This document shows positions 32,613-36,910 of a DNA stretch of 36,910 bases, one piece after another. Position numbers and translations under genes: made by a program. The DNA lies in the IMG/VR virus record IMGVR_UViG_3300028549_001682; one strand, written 5' to 3'. Position 1 is the stretch's first letter. Each line of letters opens with the position of its first letter. Origin of the DNA: a virus. A model generated the notes under the pieces. It worked only from the letters and a program-made list of their open reading frames with translations. It was not told the DNA's origin and made no database searches.

Positions 32613-32980
32613 TGTTTACGAGAAAGAACTATAATCAAATGCCTGAAATTGTAATTGATGAAACTTTAAATATCATTACAGTATCAGGTAATTCGATACC
32701 TGAAGATTCGAAAGAATGTTGGTACCCTTTTATTAATGAATTTGAATTTCTATTCGAGAAATGGCCTAAAATAACGTTTAATTGGAAATTCGATATATAC
32801 AATACTGCAACAACTTCACATATTGCGAAAATTTTCGATATGCTTTTTAAAGTTTCACAAAAAAAAGAAGTTGTAATTAATTGGTATTATTTGTTGGCAG
32901 ATGAAGACATGATGGAAGCAGGAGAAACTTATAAGGATTTATATAATTTTAATAAATTTAACCTAATTGTAAGGAAATGA
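32612..32980 (+). CDS. SiaC-like / DUF1987-family protein (partner-switch phosphoprotein fold)
   Basis: Full-length pattern match to DUF1987 as recalled. The three matching segments are SGNSIPEDSKECWYPFINEF, FDIYNTATTSHIAKIFDML and VVINWYYLLADEDMMEAGETYKDL. Confidence 0.7.
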   Translation: MFTRKNYNQMPEIVIDETLNIITVSGNSIPEDSKECWYPFINEFEFLFEKWPKITFNWKFDIYNTATTSHIAKIFDMLFKVSQKKEVVINWYYLLADEDMMEAGETYKDLYNFNKFNLIVRK

Positions 32981-33075
32981 TAACAAATGTATTAATTTTA
33001 ACAGCCTTTGCAGTTTTAATAATTGTTGGGTTTTTGGCTATATTGGCTTATTTGGAAAAAAAATATAAAGATTAA
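32977..33075 (+). CDS. Small single-pass membrane protein (32 aa)
   Basis: Hand translation gives MITNVLILTAFAVLIIVGFLAILAYLEKKYKD. ATGA overlap with the upstream gene. Confidence 0.45.
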   Translation: MITNVLILTAFAVLIIVGFLAILAYLEKKYKD

Positions 33076-33078
33076 ATT

Positions 33079-33189
33079 ATGATAGTATTAAAGATAGTTA
33101 TTTTGTCCCTAATAGCTATTGTTGCCGCAATGGTTATTATAATGATTCAGGATAAGCGAAGTTGGAATAAGAAAAAAGGCTCAAATTAG
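33079..33189 (+). CDS. Small single-pass membrane protein (36 aa)
   Basis: Hand translation gives MIVLKIVILSLIAIVAAMVIIMIQDKRSWNKKKGSN. It starts 3 nt after the previous stop. Confidence 0.45.
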   Translation: MIVLKIVILSLIAIVAAMVIIMIQDKRSWNKKKGSN

Positions 33190-33193
33190 ATAC

Positions 33194-33658
33194 ATGACAA
33201 TAATTGAAGGCATAATAAAAGAAGTTGAAAAATTCAATGATTCAATTCGTGATGCCTTGGATTTAAAGAACATTTCAAATACAAGGGAGGCCTCCAATTC
33301 ATTAAGGATTGATTATGGAGAAGATTTTGTGAGTTCGATTGGTATTTTTTATCTTGAATTTTTGGATACTGGCAGGGGTACAGGTAAAATGCCTCCAATT
33401 TCTCCGATAAAGGATTGGGCAAAAAATAAATTCGGTGTTGATGATAAAGAAGCTTTAAGTATTGCGTTTGCAGTTGCTCACAAAATAGCTGTTTTGGGTA
33501 CTGAAATTTTCATAAATAATTCAAAAGGGATTGAACTTGAAAAAAAAGTATTAAATTTGAAAGAAAATATAAATGCAAATGTTGGACAATATGCAGTATC
33601 TGAAATAAAACAAGTTCTTGACAAATATAAAAAATTATATAACTTAACACTAAATTAA
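33194..33658 (+). CDS. Hypothetical virion protein
   Basis: 154-aa ORF with an ATG start. Confidence 0.6.
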   Translation: MTIIEGIIKEVEKFNDSIRDALDLKNISNTREASNSLRIDYGEDFVSSIGIFYLEFLDTGRGTGKMPPISPIKDWAKNKFGVDDKEALSIAFAVAHKIAVLGTEIFINNSKGIELEKKVLNLKENINANVGQYAVSEIKQVLDKYKKLYNLTLN

Positions 33659-33659
33659 A

Positions 33660-35006
33660 ATGGCTGTAAAAATCTATCTTTCAGGTGGGGCAATCAATAT
33701 TGAAGGCCTTTTTGCAGATGTAACTTCAATAAATCAATCTGCTTTTGATTGGAAAAAATCAGGAAATAATTTTTCTGTTAGGGACAAAATAGAAAATCAA
33801 TCCTATGAATTAGGTGTTATTGCTGATATTCAGGATAAAAACGGTGTTGCTTTTACTACAAATGATTTATTTATTGAGTATCTGAACCGGTTAGCCTATC
33901 CAGTTGGCGGTAATTTTGATTTAGATGTTTCACGTGGATTAATCCAAGGCGTTTCAGCTGTTAACAAATTCGGAGCTGCTCCATCAGGCATACAAATAAC
34001 CCCAACAGATATATGGGATCGTGCAGATGCAACGCCAACTCAACAAATTTGGTTAGCTCCAACGGCTGCAAGGATTCATAGTTTTGTTTCATCTGCTGCT
34101 GCTGATAGTGCTGGTTCTGGAACATTAACCTTAACTGGACAACCTCTAAATACTGAAACAGTTACAATTGGGACAAAGGTTTACACCTTCCAAACTACAT
34201 TAACAAATGTAGATGGAAATGTGTTAATAGGCGCATCAGCAAGCGATTCGCTTGATAACCTTATTGCAGCTATTAATTTGGACGCTGGTGCTGGGACTCT
34301 ATATGCCGAATCTACAACTGCCGGAGCAAATGTTATTGCAGTTGCAGGAGCTGGTGATACAATGATTATTTATGACGAAGATAGTCAGGCATTAGCAACA
34401 ACAGAAACGTTGACCAATGGTAGTTGGGGTGCGGTTATTACAGTTGTTGGCAATGGTGCAAGAAAAATAAGCATAACAGGTCTTAAAACATGGGATGCAG
34501 CGGAGACAAGCGAGACTATAACACTTCACGGGACTGTGGCCGTTAATTCTGTTAATTCTTATGTGATTATTCATAGAATGAAAGTGTTAACATCAGGCAC
34601 ATCGGGTCCAAATGTTGGCGCAATAACCGCAACAGCTGCAACCAATATAACCGTAACTGCTGCAATTTTGGCTGGCAATGGTCAAACAGAAATGGCAATT
34701 TATGGCGTTCCTTCGACTAAGAAATTTTTTATCAAAAAATGGAGATGTAATATCGATAAAGCTTCTGTAACGGGTGCTTCTTGTGATTTTCAAATAAAAG
34801 TAAACGAAAATCCAGCTGTGCAACCGACTGTATTTTTAAGGAAACATGATATTTCTCTGCAATCGACTGGCGCAAATATGTTTGAATCTACTTTTGATCC
34901 TCCATTTGTTTATTCGGGTCCTTGTATTGTGAAAATTCAAGGAACTGCAAGTGCAGCTGATTTGGACGCTGAAAGTTCATTTGATGGATATTTAATTGAC
35001 AATTAA
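33660..35006 (+). CDS. Large Ala/Thr/Gly-rich structural protein (possible receptor-binding or tail component)
   Basis: 448-aa ORF in the late operon. The call rests on composition and position only. Confidence 0.6.
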   Translation: MAVKIYLSGGAINIEGLFADVTSINQSAFDWKKSGNNFSVRDKIENQSYELGVIADIQDKNGVAFTTNDLFIEYLNRLAYPVGGNFDLDVSRGLIQGVSAVNKFGAAPSGIQITPTDIWDRADATPTQQIWLAPTAARIHSFVSSAAADSAGSGTLTLTGQPLNTETVTIGTKVYTFQTTLTNVDGNVLIGASASDSLDNLIAAINLDAGAGTLYAESTTAGANVIAVAGAGDTMIIYDEDSQALATTETLTNGSWGAVITVVGNGARKISITGLKTWDAAETSETITLHGTVAVNSVNSYVIIHRMKVLTSGTSGPNVGAITATAATNITVTAAILAGNGQTEMAIYGVPSTKKFFIKKWRCNIDKASVTGASCDFQIKVNENPAVQPTVFLRKHDISLQSTGANMFESTFDPPFVYSGPCIVKIQGTASAADLDAESSFDGYLIDN

Positions 35007-35047
35007 GATTTTATGTATACATATTTATTAATTTAACACTTTTAAAA

Positions 35048-35434
35048 ATGGCTTTAGATGCACAATTGACAAAAATTTCGGTTCATGCAAGCAAGAAACC
35101 TTCAGGATTTACTGATCCCGGTGGCTCGAACCTTACCGCCTCAAGTCCAACTTATCAGGATTTGGCTTTAAGTGTAGCAAAATCTGTAGTGGCACTTTCA
35201 ACAGTAAAAGCAACGACTTTTGACAAAATTAGAACTGATGTTGCTGTGGGTATCGAGAAACAAATTGCGGACAAACTGGCCGCTGAATTTGACGATACAG
35301 CAAATACTATCACTTATAACATTGACTGGAAAGATGTAAACCTTAATCAAAGTATTGCATCAGGATTCTATACAAATGCAGCAGCAGCATATGTCTGTAT
35401 AGTAGATGTTTATGTAAATGTAGCAGCTGTATAA
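35048..35434 (+). CDS. Hypothetical virion protein
   Basis: 128-aa ORF. TAATG overlap with the next gene. Confidence 0.6.
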   Translation: MALDAQLTKISVHASKKPSGFTDPGGSNLTASSPTYQDLALSVAKSVVALSTVKATTFDKIRTDVAVGIEKQIADKLAAEFDDTANTITYNIDWKDVNLNQSIASGFYTNAAAAYVCIVDVYVNVAAV

Positions 35435-36402
35435 TGGCAGTAACATTGTCTTCATATCCTGTAACGGTTGAATCCGGCATAGTTAATAATATCTTTGCCG
35501 GATTTTCATCATGCAATATCGTGCTTAATAGGCAAGATTTGCAAATTATAAGCATTGCGCAGGGTGTTGATGACAAAATTAAAATTACAGTTTTAGGGGA
35601 TCTTAGATCTTCATTGATAGTCAATGAATGGATTTATCTACAATCACAGGGCAGTTCATTTTTGTATATTGGACTTTACAAAATTTCAACCGTTGTTTTT
35701 GTAACGCCAAATACCGAAATCACGGTAATTGGTGATTATATCGAAAGTACAATATCAGGATACATCAATTATAAGCAAAATTGGTATCTTGAAGCAAAAA
35801 TAGTTAATCCAGAAAACACATTAATACAGATATATCCACAAATTTTACAGAATGATGGAAGTCCAGAGGGAATTATTGATATTGATATTACAATGCTTGT
35901 CGACTATCTTTTAAATGAAATAAAAGATACCAGTCAAGAGATACTAAATGCAAGGGTACAGGCTCAAATGATGTATCGGGAAGTATATAGAGAAAATTCA
36001 ACAGATCCATTTATTTTGCTTAACGAAACGCCAATAATAATAATTTTTGCGGCTGAAAATTCCGAAATAGAAAATATTGTAAATGGATTTGACGAACCGA
36101 GAATTTATGATGGGTATCCATTTTTTATAAATATATTGCATTCAAACCAAAACAATATTGGAGAAATTCCCGTATTACAATTTGATGAACTTGATATAAA
36201 CAAAGGAAATTTAACGACTAATAATCATATATATGCCTTTAATTCATATGATTATGGGATATTGCAAGGAAATTTTAATAATAATATTTTGCCAATTTCG
36301 GCAAATACAGAATATATTAAATTTGTAGGATTAATTGGTTTCGCTGATTATGCAACCTATGATTATGATGATGATGATTATTTAACAATTAACACACCTT
36401 AA
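35434..36402 (+). CDS. Hypothetical virion protein (acidic C-terminus YDYDDDDY)
   Basis: 322-aa ORF with an ATG start. Confidence 0.6.
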   Translation: MAVTLSSYPVTVESGIVNNIFAGFSSCNIVLNRQDLQIISIAQGVDDKIKITVLGDLRSSLIVNEWIYLQSQGSSFLYIGLYKISTVVFVTPNTEITVIGDYIESTISGYINYKQNWYLEAKIVNPENTLIQIYPQILQNDGSPEGIIDIDITMLVDYLLNEIKDTSQEILNARVQAQMMYREVYRENSTDPFILLNETPIIIIFAAENSEIENIVNGFDEPRIYDGYPFFINILHSNQNNIGEIPVLQFDELDINKGNLTTNNHIYAFNSYDYGILQGNFNNNILPISANTEYIKFVGLIGFADYATYDYDDDDYLTINTP

Positions 36403-36403
36403 A

Positions 36404-36910
36404 ATGGCTATCAAAAATAGAACAGAGGCAATTGCGGAAGTAAATGCAAAGCTAGTTCCAACAATTACTGCTGCAATTCATAGAGATAATCTAAATAATG
36501 ACATTCTTAACAGTGTAAAATTCGATAAAGATGTTATAGGAACGGAAACGCCTGTTGCTGGAGCTGTTACGGTTGATTTTTCCACAAAGGATCTTGCAAC
36601 GCTTACTACTATTGTTAACTTGTCTGTAACAATCACAGGTCTGGAAAATGGTGCTGAAAAATATATTAAAATAACAAAAAATGGAGGAAATGTTATAAGC
36701 TTTGTATCTACAACCGATGCAACAACACACAAAATTTATATAAACAGGCAAACTGGAACTTTCATCTACAAGATAACCAAAAAAGACAATGTTACATATG
36801 CACAAATACTAAATTTACCTCCTTACGATAATCGTTCCGATAGTTACAGATTAACTGCTGCTGGGTATACAATGACGGCAGACTTTGAATTTAAACAAGT
36901 TACTACACAA
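36404..36910 (+). CDS. Tail fibre protein, 5' part of the junction-spanning gene (runs off the window end and continues at 3..884)
   Basis: Hand translation from the ATG at 36404 (MAIKNRTEAIAEVNAKLVPT...) meets no stop before the window end. It is in frame with 207..884 via the terminal repeat (36872-36404 = 468). Confidence 0.75.
   Translation, partial: MAIKNRTEAIAEVNAKLVPTITAAIHRDNLNNDILNSVKFDKDVIGTETPVAGAVTVDFSTKDLATLTTIVNLSVTITGLENGAEKYIKITKNGGNVISFVSTTDATTHKIYINRQTGTFIYKITKKDNVTYAQILNLPPYDNRSDSYRLTAAGYTMTADFEFKQVTTQ
36666..36910. repeat. Terminal direct repeat, copy 2 (identical to 1..245)
   Basis: Same string as 1..245. Confidence 0.95.

Noticed and set aside
1-36910. Search of the whole window for an integrase or recombinase, CRISPR array, tRNA or rRNA genes, and toxin-antitoxin pairs.
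   Set aside because: No ORF shows tyrosine or serine recombinase motifs. No spaced repeat arrays or RNA-gene signatures were seen. The Rha-like and XRE-like ORFs alone do not establish a lysogeny module.

Overview
The window is a complete tailed dsDNA phage genome. Bases 1..245 are identical to 36666..36910, so the unit genome is 36,665 bp, either circularly closed or with a direct terminal repeat. One tail-fibre gene runs in frame across that junction. The DNA is AT-rich, about 30% GC from hand counts on sample lines, and tightly packed with many ATGA/TAATG start-stop overlaps. Three intergenic regions carry full Bacteroidota-type promoters (TTTG-N20/21-TAnnTTTG), which points to a Bacteroidota (Flavobacteria-like) host.

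Module order:
- 26.4-28.2 kb: small and large terminase.
- 28.3-29.0 kb: degenerate HNH homing endonuclease plus a Rha-like ORF.
- 29.0-36.7 kb, continuing through 0-6.4 kb: virion, tail and fibre genes, ending in a 1052-aa tape-measure-like protein.
- 6.4-10.1 kb, minus strand: early block with two orphan DNA methyltransferases, HTH proteins and small ORFs.
- 10.3-15.9 kb: head block with a ClpP-type protease/scaffold fusion, major capsid protein and putative portal.
- 16.0-16.8 kb: secreted GH24-like lysozyme and a DUF1064 protein.
- 16.9-19.5 kb, minus strand: GC-elevated block ending in RecT.
- 19.7-26.2 kb: SMC-like ATPase, PD-(D/E)XK exonuclease, HNH endonuclease, replication organiser and DnaB.

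I found no integrase, tRNA, rRNA or CRISPR array.

Most interesting observations:
1. A four-gene accessory block sits inside the tail genes and contains a SiaC/DUF1987-like partner-switch protein (31860..33189).
2. A T10-C-A6 slippery run has a 93-codon -1 frame extension that exactly fills an otherwise non-coding gap (29480..29771).
3. A single in-frame TAG separates a fibre gene from a 106-codon ORF that has no ATG start (31335..31670).
4. Six 11-bp-phased iterons, a 4x12-bp tandem repeat and an AT-rich tract lie inside the gene upstream of dnaB, giving a lambda O/ori-like arrangement (23913..24330).
5. The junction-spanning fibre ends in a C1q/TNF-like head and shares a 63-aa module with the second fibre.

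All protein-family calls come from motif recognition by eye and need HMM or structure confirmation.
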